From Leucoraja ocellata (taxonomy: Eukaryota), in assembly GCA_036785375.1 (NCBI GenBank), contig JAWMAR010000711.1, positions 496,001 to 560,000 on the forward strand: 64,000 bases of DNA, given 5' to 3'. The notes below the pieces were generated by a model. It saw only the letters and a list, made by a program, of their open reading frames with translations, was not told where the DNA came from and searched no databases. The position numbers were made by a program, and so were the translations under genes. How positions within the stretch are numbered: position 1 is the stretch's first letter; every line of letters starts with the position of its first letter. This document shows positions 13,370 through 26,382 of this stretch, in pieces.

Positions 13370-13917
13370 GTGGAGATAGTGTCCCACTTGCCTGCGCTTG
13401 GTCCATATCCCTCCAAACCTGTCCTATCCATGTACCTGTTTAACTGTTTCTTAAACAATGAGATACTCAGCTTCAACTAACTCCTCTGGCAACTTGTTCA
13501 CACACCTTTTGTGTGAAAAAGTTACCCCTCAGATTCCTTTTAAATCTTTTTCCCCCTCACCTTGAGCCTATGTCCTCTGGTACTCGATTCCACTACTCTG
13601 GGCAAGAGACTCTGTGCATCTACCAGATCTATTCCTCTCATGATTTTGGACACCTGTATAAGATCAGCCCTCACCCTCCTGCACTCCATGGAATAGAGAC
13701 CCAGCCAACTCAACCTCTCCCTATAGCTCACACCCTCTAGTCCTGGCAACATCATCGTAAATCTTTTCTGAACCCTTTCAAGCTTAACAATATATTTCCT
13801 ATAACATAGTGCCCAGAACTGAACACAATATTCTAGATGCGGTCTCACCAATGTCTAATACAACTGCAACATGACCTCCCAACTTCTTTACTCAATATTC
13901 TGACTGATGAAGGCCAA
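13370..13917 (-). mobile_element. CR1 LINE 3' fragment (different subfamily)
   Basis: ORF 13540..13851 LVRPHLEYCVQFW...RTRGH-like motif. Confidence 0.85.
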
Positions 13918-14749
13918 GTACTCAAAACTCTGGAATTTACTCTGCATTTGTATCTCTTGTCACTGTAAAATCTACCCCTGTCTTTGCCACCATCATATAC
14001 AGCTTAACAAAACATTATTTGTCTTGACTTAATACTTCCAACAATATTTGATATTTAATATCTTAATATTTGAGGCTGAGATTTTCATAATGGAGCAAAG
14101 TGCAATGGGATTTCTTTGGAATTGCAAGAATTCTGTGATAGTAAGGGGGAAATGTTTTCTGTGATGTGTCAACGTTATTACTTCAGAATTAACCGTGTTT
14201 ATTTTGTTTTTGTCTGGTAGGTACATTGTGTAGATCCTTGGCTTTTGAGATTGCAGGAAAGAGCTGAGGGTTGGTGTGAGCAACACTTCAAGGTAAGATC
14301 TCATGAAAGGACAGAAAGTGCTGAATAACTCAGCAGGTCAGGCAACATCACTGGTGAACATCGATATGTGATGTTTCAGTCAAGAACCTTCTTCAGACTG
14401 ATTGGTCTGAAGAAGGGTCTTCATCCGAAATGTCACCTATCCATGTTCTCAGGAGACGCTGCCTGATCTGCTGAGTTACTTAAGCAATTTGTGTCCTTTT
14501 GTGTATTAACCAGCATCGGTAGTTTTTTGTCTCTACTCTACGATCCCATGAATGAAGATCATTCCAAAGTAGAAAATTCTTAATAAGATGAATCAGTAGA
14601 TAATGAGCCTGCAAGGAAGGATGACTCTGTAGCAGTTTGGTACCACTTGATTAAATAATCATCACGCACATGCTCTGTGTTTCAATACTTCTTTGACGGA
14701 ACAGCAGGTATTTCATATACAGGAATTTCAAAAATAACATTAATGAAAG

Positions 14750-17700
14750 TTGGGCTGTGGTGTTTCATTTAATTTGATGTGTTAACCATTTATAAATATG
14801 TACAGTATTTCCATACAGTAAATTGCACAGATCATAATCTGTAAATGAAAAATAAAAACAGAAGCATTCGTTTATTTTTTTTGTTTTGTTTTTGCACTAA
14901 CTCACAGCCCACATGTACAGACAATATTACTCTGCTCAGCAAGCAACACAGCAAAGAGAAATCTCCATCCAAAATATGGAAAGGGCCGCAGCCCATGACG
15001 ACCTGGATACAATATCACAACCTTTTGTAATTATTAATCAGTAACTGGAACAAAACATGCAGTTGATAATATACAGAGAAAACTTCTTTACATTGAAAGA
15101 GAGAGGGAGAGAGAATGAGGGTGGCATGGACAGAGAGGAAGGGACGAGAGAGGAATCCAATTGTTTTTTTTTTACACAGCTCCTCAGATGGTGCCTCACT
15201 GTGTAAAAATGCCTTCCTGGCATATTATTAAAAGTACAGCAAAAATAAAGGAACCCATGAATTAACGCAGAAATAACACATGGTGCAATATAATTTTCTG
15301 CAATTACATTCAAATGGTTAGTATTTTGTCAAAAAAAATTAAAGGAAGAAAAGTACCTACATGCATCCCTGCCGCAGCTGATTCTGCATCTTATTTATTC
15401 AACATTAATAAAAAATAACATTGCACTCCTCATTAGGAAGGAACATTACTTCCTGTTACACTTTGCACTAATTATGAGCTAATTATATAAAGATCAGACA
15501 GTTCTCAGTCATAAGTGTGTTTATCTTCTGGAGTGTCAATACCATTAAGGTCGATAATATTAACTGCAAATATACACGTTCACTTAAAGTCAGAATATAA
15601 GCTTAAATGTACATTATGATAAACAATGTTCTGAAAATGCTCAGGGCTATTTTCAACGTGATATTTCTGGTGAAGGCCTGACAATTGATGTTCATGAACT
15701 ATATATTGCACCTTGCCCCAATATTTTAATTTCCTCCCATAACACTATGATACATTTGGGAAACTAAGCCAGTTTAGACACTGTACTTTGGAATCACTAG
15801 AGACAGAAGCAACAGATCAGTAAGATATATGTAGATATGTAATCACTAAATTACATTTTTAAATCATGGCACTTTTAAAATAGTAGATTCCTGAATGTTT
15901 TATGCAGTTTTAATGCTGCACAATACATGATTTAACCAGCGTCTCCATGGTGGTTCACCAACATATTTAAGACAATTTTTGTTGGTTTACACAGCGTTGA
16001 TTTTATGACCCTCACTTATCCATGCACCAAGCTACTAAATGGCCGATAAATATACAGCATGTGTGCTTAATTTAATTTGGGTATACTTGCATCTTTGAAA
16101 TCGAAGATGATAAAGCATTAATGTTTCATAATTTGCCACATTTAAAGAGTGCTTCAAAACATCACTAGAATAAGATGCTCTTTATATTATAAGGTTGTTG
16201 AGGGTTGGTGTTACTGTTTACATCAGGAGCAATCAATAACTTTAATATCAAACATCATAAATTGAAAAGTAAATGATAAAACCACACAGTATTGAACATT
16301 CTGTAAATAGGCCAGAGAGTATAATTGGATCAAATTTTAGTCCTATAAAGTTGTTTCAGTTTCCTGTTGAAAGGTTATTCCCATAGTTCTGTTGGCAGTG
16401 GCATTGCATTGATCATTCTGTCAGCAAGTTATGCAATTGGATAATAATAGAAACCCAGTCAACGTGGTCCAGCAAAAAACAACAACTATCTGTTCAGCAT
16501 AAACCACAAGACCTAGCAAGATGATCTGCGCTTCAGTCACAGGATTCACATTGATATCTTAACTTTAAGCTAGTTAGAGATATGGGCAACAAGAATATAG
16601 AGTTGCCGTGACAATGAAAGTTAGCAAGTTTCTGTGATCTTAAAAGTTGCAGGCTAAAGGAAACATTCAGCCAACACAACTTAACTCCAAATTACATTAC
16701 TGCCGCTTGATCTATCATTAACAAAAGGCTTCAAAGAGATTTTGAGAACCAGATTGATATAAATAGGCATGCTCAAGATTTCTTCAGAATATAACCCAAC
16801 GAGTGGCCCTGATTGTGCATTTTACTTAGGCCAGAATTAAGAAATGGTATTTTTCCACTTTAAGCCTTCCAGTAATTCCATAGTGATCTTTCTAGCTGGT
16901 GATACTAGCCCCACATACTTTATGAAAATGACCCATCCAATGCATCCATTTTCCTAGCAGTTTTAGGTAGTTTCTCTTCTCACTAACTCTTGCAAATAAA
17001 TTGTTTTTGCCTAGAGTACAGTCCAATATAATTTACAAGCAGAAAATCCATGTACTCATTCTTAGTTGTGCTGTTCCAATCTAGATTTATAAGCAAATGT
17101 GAGGTGAAGCCATCATACTTCGCAGGCCCTCTCTCATCAATGTAATGGTGAGTTTCTACAACTGAATTCTGTACTACAAAAATATTATAGGCACATGAGA
17201 AAATGATTTTATGTGCATTTCCAGGCAATATGTACCTTCTCTATGTTCATTATATACACGGTGAAAGTGAGAGTTAAGTTATGCGCTGTTGGAGTTTCCA
17301 AGGAAGTGCATTTGTGGAATGCTGGATTAGTGCCAAATGTGGCATTTATTTACAGCAACCCTTTTGTGCTACAAATTTAGAATTTTGTTTTCTTTCCTGT
17401 GAAATACATCAAGGATCACAACTGTTCATCTCCTAATGAGAACACTAATCACAATTATCTATCCAGTATATAAAGATCAACAATAAAGTGCACTCATATA
17501 CAGGAAATATGGATGGCAAACTTTCAGTACAATTTCTTGAAATATGTGATGGTGTAATTAAGGAGCTGCACACTATGATTGATGTGGTTTTTTTTGCCTA
17601 TCCTTTTGTATTTTAATGCTAAATGACTTCATATATCTTCATATAACTTCATTTATCTGAAGTGCATCTGGGGGACATTTCCAAATATTACTAGAATTAA

Positions 17701-19777
17701 ATGGCAGTGAAGTAGAGATGACTCCAAAAGCAAAAGCAAGCTATCTTGTAAACAAAATTGAGCAACATGCTAATTCATACAGTTGGAAATTATAACAGAG
17801 GAAGGAGTAAAAAGAATGATAAAGGTAGGAACAAAAGATTCTTATTGGTAATACAGAGAAATGAAGCAGTACGACAGCAGTGACTTCTAGATTTGAGGAG
17901 CTGGAGATGAGATAATGCTTAGCAGAAGACAAACACTTCCCACAGGGAATATTAGGAGAAACAAGGAAACCAAGTTATGAACTTGATAGCAGTTCATTTC
18001 ATGACAATTGTGGTTCTAATTTCAACTCAGGATATGTACAACTCGATCTCTCTTTAAAGCGAAGGATTGAAAAACCAACAGGTGGAGGAGCATTATTGGA
18101 AAATAAAATAGGAATAAGACTGGGGAAAAAAAAATCAGGAATGTTAATTGAGACAAATAATCCAACTTAAATATATGTACAATGTGTTTTAGATACCCCT
18201 AATGTTAAACTTTTATCATCTTAAATAACAAGAGCGACGGACCACATCAGGACTGCATGGTTCTGCATGAAACATTTTCCCAACCCAAAACGGCAATGCA
18301 GTGGGAATTTATAAAGGAACTTTAAATATAAAATCTAAAGTACACAATTGAAACTAACATAGAGCAGGAAACGAGTAGTGTGCAAGTGGGCAACCTTCAT
18401 ACAATTGAATCTAATTGCGGATTACTGCTGAATATGTGTAATGGCATTTTAAAACCATACAGTTGGATATCTGAGTAATTCTGCTTAGACTTTTGTGCAT
18501 TTTCGAATTACTCCTTTGAGGATGGTGCATTTTAGCACTGTTGGAACTTACAACAGAATTCTATCTTTTATTGGGAATATCTACTTTAAATTCACTTTAG
18601 CAATTTAGTGTAGAATATACAGAAATCTTGGTAAACCAGCATCTGCAGTTCCTTATTTCTACATAAAGGAACTTTTTCCAGTTGTTGGTGGACAGGGAAC
18701 AAGTGTTCGTTCTGAAAGTGTTCCATTGCTGGCAAGCTAACAGATTTATTTGTAGGTGAGATGGGACAGCACAATGAAAGAGGTGGAGAGGTTGGCCAAT
18801 AGACCATGAAAAGCATCAATGCAGGTGTAGTTGCTCAAGAGTAGAAGCGAATAGCCCTGGGAACACCAGAGAAATGGTGTCTATTCCCTTTATCTGGGTT
18901 CCCACAGCCTTTCTGCCCAAGAAATAGTGAAGGAGCAGGAGAATGCCAGGGATAATCAGCTCTACAGTTTGGGAATGTCCCCTTGTATTCACATCAATTC
19001 AGCAATTGTTGCACCTGGTTTAAAATAAAGTTTAGAAAAATGTTACCCTATACAAGTTGATTTAACTTAAAATATTCTTAAATATTATTAACTACAGGTC
19101 TGTAGAGAGCAAAACTTCATACAACATTTACAGTATTAAATAGAATAACCTTGCAGCTGAAACAAACACTGTTTATCTCTGAAGGTAGAATATTTCTAAT
19201 CCCATGCTGGTGCTGAGAATTGATTTTTACGCAGATTAGTGCTTGAGGTTTTGGAAACAGACTGACAGTTCTGTGTAATGCGCCCATTATGTATAAATTA
19301 TAGTAAATTGATTACAAGTTGTACAAATCACAGCATTGTCTTTGAAAATAAATGTCATTATCTGCACCGTATTGTAATTTGTGTGTCAGACTTCCTTAAA
19401 AAGTCCAATTAAAATTGCTCATTGTACATTTTAACTATACCTATGTAAAGTAAAAAGGTGAGCTGACCTGATAATGGATTAGTCTAGCATTCGTCACTTA
19501 ACCATTCACACTTTGAGTTTGATTTCATGTCTCTTTCCCCAACATTTAAACTTCTGTACATTTGGTAGAAAAGTTAGAAACAACAAAGAATTCAGTAACG
19601 AAATAAAACTAAACCCACTACAGTTTCTTTTCCTCTGGCGTATTTCGAATGCAAGTGGAAGCAGCTTCATTGCACAGTGCACCGTGTGGCTCCATGTGCA
19701 GGAGGCACAATAGCAGATCTGCTATTATACTTCTGCAGTGGCTCACAACATGGGATTTAGAATCTAGAGGATTGCCT
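14750..19777 (-). other. TANC2: Putative long TANC2 3' UTR (~5 kb)
   Basis: AT-rich and almost transposon-free from the stop codon to ~14.55 kb, where repeats resume. Candidate poly(A) signals on minus: AATAAA 15394-15399, AATAAA 14871-14876, ATTAAA 14768-14773. The true end cannot be fixed from sequence alone. Confidence 0.6.
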
Positions 19778-21791
19778 TTATACATTTGACTCTACGAATG
19801 GTCTCTTTGGTTTTAAAGGTGATGTTGGCCCTTGTCGTGAGTCTCTGGAAAGCTGCCGATATATGCTGTCCTGATATGCCTGTGCAACAGGCAGCGTTCT
19901 GGCCACTTTTACATCTGGATACGAGGGAGTTTGACTAACTCTCTCCAAAATCTCTCCCCGGGATCCATTGGTCAGCTTCCCATGTGGGATACACATGTCC
20001 TCCTCAAGCAGGTGACCATTTTGGGCATTGTTAGTCTTATTGAAAAAAGCAATATTACTAACTGGGGGTGGGCTGTAGGAGGCGGATTGAGGGGACATTC
20101 CTCCAGAGGAGGTGGGGCTGGTGATGACAGTGTCGACAGAGGACACAGCCCACGTTCGGCTCTGCTGGTGCATGTGGGTGTATTGCTGTGTCCGAGCTGT
20201 TTTATCTATGATCCCCATGAAAGGTGTGGTCCTTGAACGACCAGAGTCTCCAGGGTAGCCCTGTGTTGGAGAGATGGGAGACTGTTCTTCATTGGATCGG
20301 CTTTCATAGGAGGGTTTTATTGGAATCTCCATCTGTTGGATGGAAGCAGAAGGTCGAAATGATGACACAACATTAGAGCTCGAAGAAAGGCTATTGTTAG
20401 AGGGGGAGAAACGAAGGCCAGTGCTTTGGGAATGGAGCAGTGGTCGGGGAGTTGGTGGGTGAGGTTTGATCTCTGGAGGATTCACGGTGAGTGCCCTCCT
20501 GATCATGTGAGATACATCTGGAGATGAAATCTGGCTAGATGGAACAGAAGATCTTTCCAATTCATGCTTGGAATGGGATACAGGATAATATGATGCAGAC
20601 TGACTGCGACCAATCTGAGGGGTCTGGCCATACCTCACTCCTCCTCGAAAGGCTGAAGAAGGTCGTTGACTGTGATCCTCTTTGGTCATCACTGATCCAG
20701 GATGTTGACAAACATTGCTGATTGCACCTGCACTCAGACTGGCCTGCACATGCTGGACGGGTCTGCTGTCAGCTACCACTCCACCCATTACAGGCTGATA
20801 TACCAGGCGACTTTGAGTAGGAGCCATATCAACTGAAGACTGATGTTTGGTACTCATGGAGTGAGGTCCCTGGTTATAGGATCCACCAAGTATAACAACA
20901 CTAGAGTGGACCGCAGAGCTGGGCTGATTGGTGCGAACAATTTGAGCTTTGGCTGGTTGTAACCTAAGCCCTTGTTGGGGTAGACCGGATGGAGGTTGAG
21001 ATAATTGATAGGGTCTTTGGGCCATTTTAGACAAAGGAGACTTTGGCCTACCAGGAAGCTGGCCTATTGAGGTTTCTTGCTGATATCGGACTGGGGAGCC
21101 AGACTGAGACCTATATACACTCATACTATCTGCAGGAGGACTAGCTCTGTACTGCGGGGCCCTACGCAGTGGAGAAGGTGGGGGACTTGACTGGTAATCT
21201 TTGTTTGGGCCACTTACAGGAGGCGGGCTAAAGCGGTACGAAGAGCCCTGATGAGCAGGGGAGGTGGTCGGAGGGCTAGGCCGATAATGAGAATTCTGGT
21301 GGGTAGGAGAAATTGATGGCGATGTGGATTGGTACCCCTGCCGAGTGGGGGAGGAGATGGAAGGGTTTGGTCTGTAGTCAAAAACCTGGTGGGAGTTGAG
21401 AGGCGAGCTGGATCTGTAGGTGGGTTCACGGTGGGCCGGGGAAGGTGGTGGACTATGGATAACAGGCAGCCCTTGGCTAGGTCTTGTTTCATTCTGTAAG
21501 CCAACGGAGACATTGTCCAACTCCTGCTCCAAATATTCCTCATCATAAATTTCATGCATTGAGTCTAAGTCTTCTTGCTGAGTCTGTTGCTGTTGTTGCT
21601 GTGACTGCTGCTGCTGCTGCTGTTGTTGTTGTTGTTGTTGCTGTTGTTGTGGTTGTCCATATTGTAACGGCTGGCCGTATTGCAACTGCTTGAATTCCTC
21701 TTCTACCCGTATCAACAAGCGTTGTATCTCACGGTTATTCGGGCAAAGCTTCACAGCCTCATGCAAATCTTCCAGGGCTGCTGGAAACTGC
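19778..21791 (-). CDS. TANC2: TANC2 terminal coding exon: end of TPR, coiled coil/polyQ, S/P-rich tail, C-terminal PDZ-binding motif ESNV
   Basis: 662-aa ORF 19778..21766 extended to acceptor ccatgcag|G CAG TTT (phase 2); TAA stop at 19778-19780; the ending [10 protein letters not shown] is TANC2-type rather than TANC1-type. Confidence 0.96.
21575..21649 (-). repeat. Coding CAA/CAG repeat: Q15-S-Q6-T-Q2
   Basis: Read directly; the Q15 run is CAA2 CAG CAA6 CAG6 (21605-21649). Confidence 0.95.
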
Positions 21792-24700
21792 CTGCATGGA
21801 AGAATATTGTGTGTAAGATAAATATGTTCTTACTTGAGATACATCATCCATCACTTACTAAATGTTATCTTCAATAAATTTTGGGACGTTGCCCACGATG
21901 AAAAATGAACTCAATTTCCCTAGTCTCCAAATTATTTGCTTATCCACATTATGGAGAAGATACTATTATCATAGACTTCAAAGTTTTCTCATCCCTGTTT
22001 ATTTGAGGCTAGTTTTATTCTGCTCTGCATTCAAGTCTTTTCAAATTTTCATGATTACATCTGTGATCACAAATTAAATCAGTTAAATTTTGTTGGGGCT
22101 TGTCATATTTCCATGATTTCCTGAAGGGCTTCATGGCCAATGAATTATATAATATGTGTAGCTGGAAGTATAATTTGGGGAAATGCGATAGTCAATTTGC
22201 ATTCAACAAAGTCCCATAAACAGCAATTAGATAACCTAATTGAGCATGTTGATTGATGAATTGAGCTCGGAGACAGAGAGAGGCTGTGTTCTTTTTCAAA
22301 CAGTGCCAGTTTTGTGGTTCATCTGAAAGTGCACAATGCAGCTGGTCAATGTTATGTGTACAAGTATCTGAACAGAGATTTTAACTCATTTTAAAAACAC
22401 AATCGAAGGGCCGAATGGCCTCCTCCTGCACCTATTTTCTATGTTTCTAATTAGATAGGTACGTGGATAGGACAGGTTTGGAGGAATATGGACTAAGGGA
22501 AGGCAAGTGGGACTAGTGTAGCTGGGACATTGTTGGTCGGTGTAGGCAAGTTGGGCCAAAAGACCTGTGTCCAAATTGTATCACTCTACGACTCTAATCT
22601 GTGGGCGGGAATCGTTGGTCGGTGCAGACTCGATGGGCCGAAGCGCCTGTTTCTGTGCTGTGTCTTTAAACTAAACTAAGCTAAACTCAGGCTTTTTAAT
22701 TCGGATGTGAGTGTGCACCATCTAAATCCAGTTGGGTATAGATATAAACCAGTACTCAACACATACACTATGCCTTTCAGCACATGCATAGAGTTGAAAT
22801 AGTTTAAAGTATTATTCTCAACTACATTCACAAGCTAATTGCCACCAACAGGTTCCTGCAGGTATGCTTTCATTCTTGGTCAACTAAGCAAACTAACATC
22901 AAATACAAAACATGGAATGAACAATACATTACATTGCAAAATTAACACATCATTCATAATAACCTTTCATAAGGGTAGAATGCATCCGGCATCCTATCAG
23001 TGTTGTCCTACTTACAGGACTAACATTCAAAGATCAGTTCCAGTGTGATAAAAATATAAAAGGTGAATTCATTATAGGGTTTTGACAGGTTTCTTAGGCA
23101 AATAAATGAGTAAGGATGTTTTAATATGAAATTAGAACCTTACTGAAACAAGTCGCAAACAGGCACATCCATTATTAATTCAGCAGAGAAATAGTCAATA
23201 ACATCTTAAAAGAAGATGCTTCTGAGGTGAAATAATCAATATCTCAAGCTACTGGGTCAAAATAATAATGCCTGCTTTAAGTGTTCTGTCCTATGAACAA
23301 ATTTGTAAAAAATCCAGTCTTCTATATGCTGTGCTAACTCCAGTTTATCCAGGCAGGGTATTCAAGTAAGGAAGTTACACTCCTTCATCCAAACTGTAAC
23401 GCGTGACTTATTAATGGATTTTATTCCTAAAGAAAACAAATAGTTTCATGCAATAAAAAGAGCATTTATTCCAATAATGCAAGGGGTATTGATCCTTGCA
23501 AGAAAAGCAATGAAGGTGACGGATGACACTCTGATACCCTGACATATTTGATTCCATAACATAGCTTGGCAGAAAAATGAACGGCTGCACTAACCTACAA
23601 CCAGAAGGATCCAGCATTTTTCATTTATATTGCGAGTGAGATAGAATTAATAATACACACACACACACATCCATACATCCAGCAAACTTTGCAGAGATCT
23701 TGTTTAAAGAGCAATTACATGGATGGTATCCAGGAGAACAAGTTTGTTGCCATTTCTCACGAATGGAATGCCAATTAAGTAGGTCAGCACTTGTAAAATC
23801 CATGCCATTAAATGGGATCCTCAATATTGGATGAAAATGCCTCAGAAAATTAGAATTTTAGTTTCATTTTTATGAGGAGATAGCCATCATTGAAAAGGGG
23901 AGTATTTATACCACATCTATGACTATCCCCAAGTTCCCTTGAGGTGACTGCAAGTGTAGTTTGTTTTATGAAGATGTTCCAATTAGACTATTTTTGTGGA
24001 GAATTTCATGGTTTTTACACAACTTTGATGAAAGAATGTGTGATTTAATGCCAGGATAGGATTGTGTGAAAAGTAATTTGTAGGCAATGATGCACACACA
24101 TTTCTGCTCCCTTATGCTTTTGATGGGCTTTTAGGGGTGATCAAAAAAGCATTGGTCAGTTGCAGAACAAATTCTTGTACATGATACATACTGAAGCCAT
24201 GGGTGCCAGTGATTATGTGAACTCTTACTCTCTGTATAGGGCAAGGTTTCCTGCGTGTTCCTGAATCTGCACTCAGCCAGTAAATTAATAGTATTCCATT
24301 CCACTCCTGCTGTGTGGTGGGAACACTTTAGTAAGTGAAGTCACACCCCGTGGGATATCCAACCTTTAACCTACTCTGGTTTGTCTGGTCAAAGGTTACC
24401 ATCATCATGGTGAAATATCTAGTTGGTAATTATATTATAAAGTCATAGTAATACAGCACAGAGGCCTTTCAGCCTTACCCATCCATGGCGACCAAGGTAC
24501 TCCTTCTAAGATAGTCACATTTACCCCCAAAAGCCTTTTGAAGCACAGACCATTGATTGAAAGTAGCTTTAGCTGTGCTTTATCTAATTATTCCAACCAT
24601 GATGAGGGAGACTGACAGTTATGCTCTCAAAATACTTTAATCTTCACTATGATTCAATAATTTGTAATATCCTTTCTCTCAATCGTAAACTCTGAATCAA

Positions 24701-24912
24701 ATGTTGATGCCAAATGTCCTTTGAAATGTAACTAAATTTGATGGGACTAATCTTGCTGACAAAATAATGTCAATGTTGTCAAGTGTAAATTGGCCAACAA
24801 ATGCAGAGAATTGAGACATTGCAAAGAATGAATCAGTAGAATTTGCTGGCAGATTTACACTGGCTAGACATTTTCTTTACATGAACAGCATCTGAACCCT
24901 ATCGTTCCTTAT

Positions 24913-25706
24913 CAGGGGGAGGAAATCCTGGGGGGTACATGGGGGACATGCCCCCCCCCATGCTTTGAGAGGTGGGGGACAATCCCCCCCCCCCCATGTT
25001 TTTTCAACCGGACTTCATCAGCCGCTTTCTAAGGGTTGAATCGGCCCATTCGCGGGGCCTTTCAGCACCCGTCGCAGCTTAAAATCAAACTGTTGTATCG
25101 AGGCGATCAAGGCTCCCAATGTTGAAGCCTTCGCCGGCCGATGAAAGACCCCGTGAACGGGCTGATTCAAGCCCACAGCCGAAGCCTCGCATGCATCTCG
25201 CTCTCTCCTCCAGCCCAGCGCGCCGCTTGACTCGAGGGTGATTCGGTACAGCGTGGAGTCAGCGCCTGATGAGCAGAGGGAACCGGGACCCGGTCACCGC
25301 CAGGGATGCGGTTCTCTATCTGGAAGGTGGGGGGTCTGCTGCGGCTGCTGGCAGGTACAGAGAGAGAGAGAGAGAGGCCACTCGGCCCACGTGTTGCTGC
25401 TGCCTGACAGCGCCAGGGACACAGGTTTAGATCCCGACTCCGGGCGCTGTCTGTACAGAGTCTTTTTCTCCCCACTAGCGCCTTGTCTGATGTTGATCTC
25501 ACCCTTGCTGCCGAACAGACCGAGCACCAGCACCGAGTGCTCGCTCCGCCGCCTCTCTTGCTTAAACTTATTTTGAAAGTGGGTCTCCACAGGGCCCACG
25601 GCTGAAGCCTGCGAAGCTTCGCGTATGCGTGTGAGTGTGCGCATACGCGCACGGTCGCCAGGAAATTGTGTCCCCCCCAATGTTTTGGTAGCGATTTCCG
25701 TGCCTG
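24913..25706. mobile_element. GC-rich non-autonomous DNA transposon, hAT-like
   Basis: Termini CAGGGGGAGGAAATC / GATTTCCGTGCCTG; flanks GTTCCTTAT / GTTCCTTTT (imperfect TSD); subterminal 'cccccccatg/aatg' repeats; sharp GC and CpG shift. Confidence 0.75.
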
Positions 25707-26241
25707 GTTCCTTTTACTTTAACTTATCTGCACATGAATGCTGAGTCTGGTAAACTTTCAATGTCACAATAATTATTAATGATTACCAATCTACTGTCCG
25801 AATCCTATCGAAAATGAGTTGCTTGAGTTCACAAAAAATAGTCAACTTTGATTTTTTTCTCTTTTTTTAGCTATCTCTTAAACCAAACATTTCTTTGCCT
25901 TTCTTTATCTGATTTGATTTTAATGTTTCCAGCTTATTGCTCTGGTTGCTCTCTAAAACCTTTCATTTCATACTCCTGTTCAGTAAGGTTCAAGATAGCT
26001 TGATCCAACATATTAAAGGGAAAGCAAAAGCAATTATAGTTTAAGGAGGCTGAAAAAGTCCATTAGCAAATGCTATTAAATGCCCATTTCAACAAGATCC
26101 AGCCCAATTTCTATCATCTTGCTAGGTAAATGGGCACACCAAGACACAGTCAGCAGAAATAAATAGTATACACAATTATTTCCAATAACTAATGTCACAT
26201 GGCCCACCCTGAATGCAAAACATTTCTTTCTCTGCTTTTTA

Positions 26242-26382
<141 letters not shown>

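Noticed and set aside
1-14500. Exons of a convergent neighbouring gene (CYB561 is adjacent in mammals, from memory)
   Set aside because: I could not recognise any such coding exon; the region is mostly repeats.
19931-21877. Several antisense and alternate-frame ORFs over the terminal exon
   Set aside because: Shadows of the GC-richer TANC2 coding sequence and the CAG/CAA repeat.
25167-25680. Three overlapping ORFs of 112-161 aa
   Set aside because: They lie within a GC-rich non-autonomous transposon and show no transposase or other motifs.
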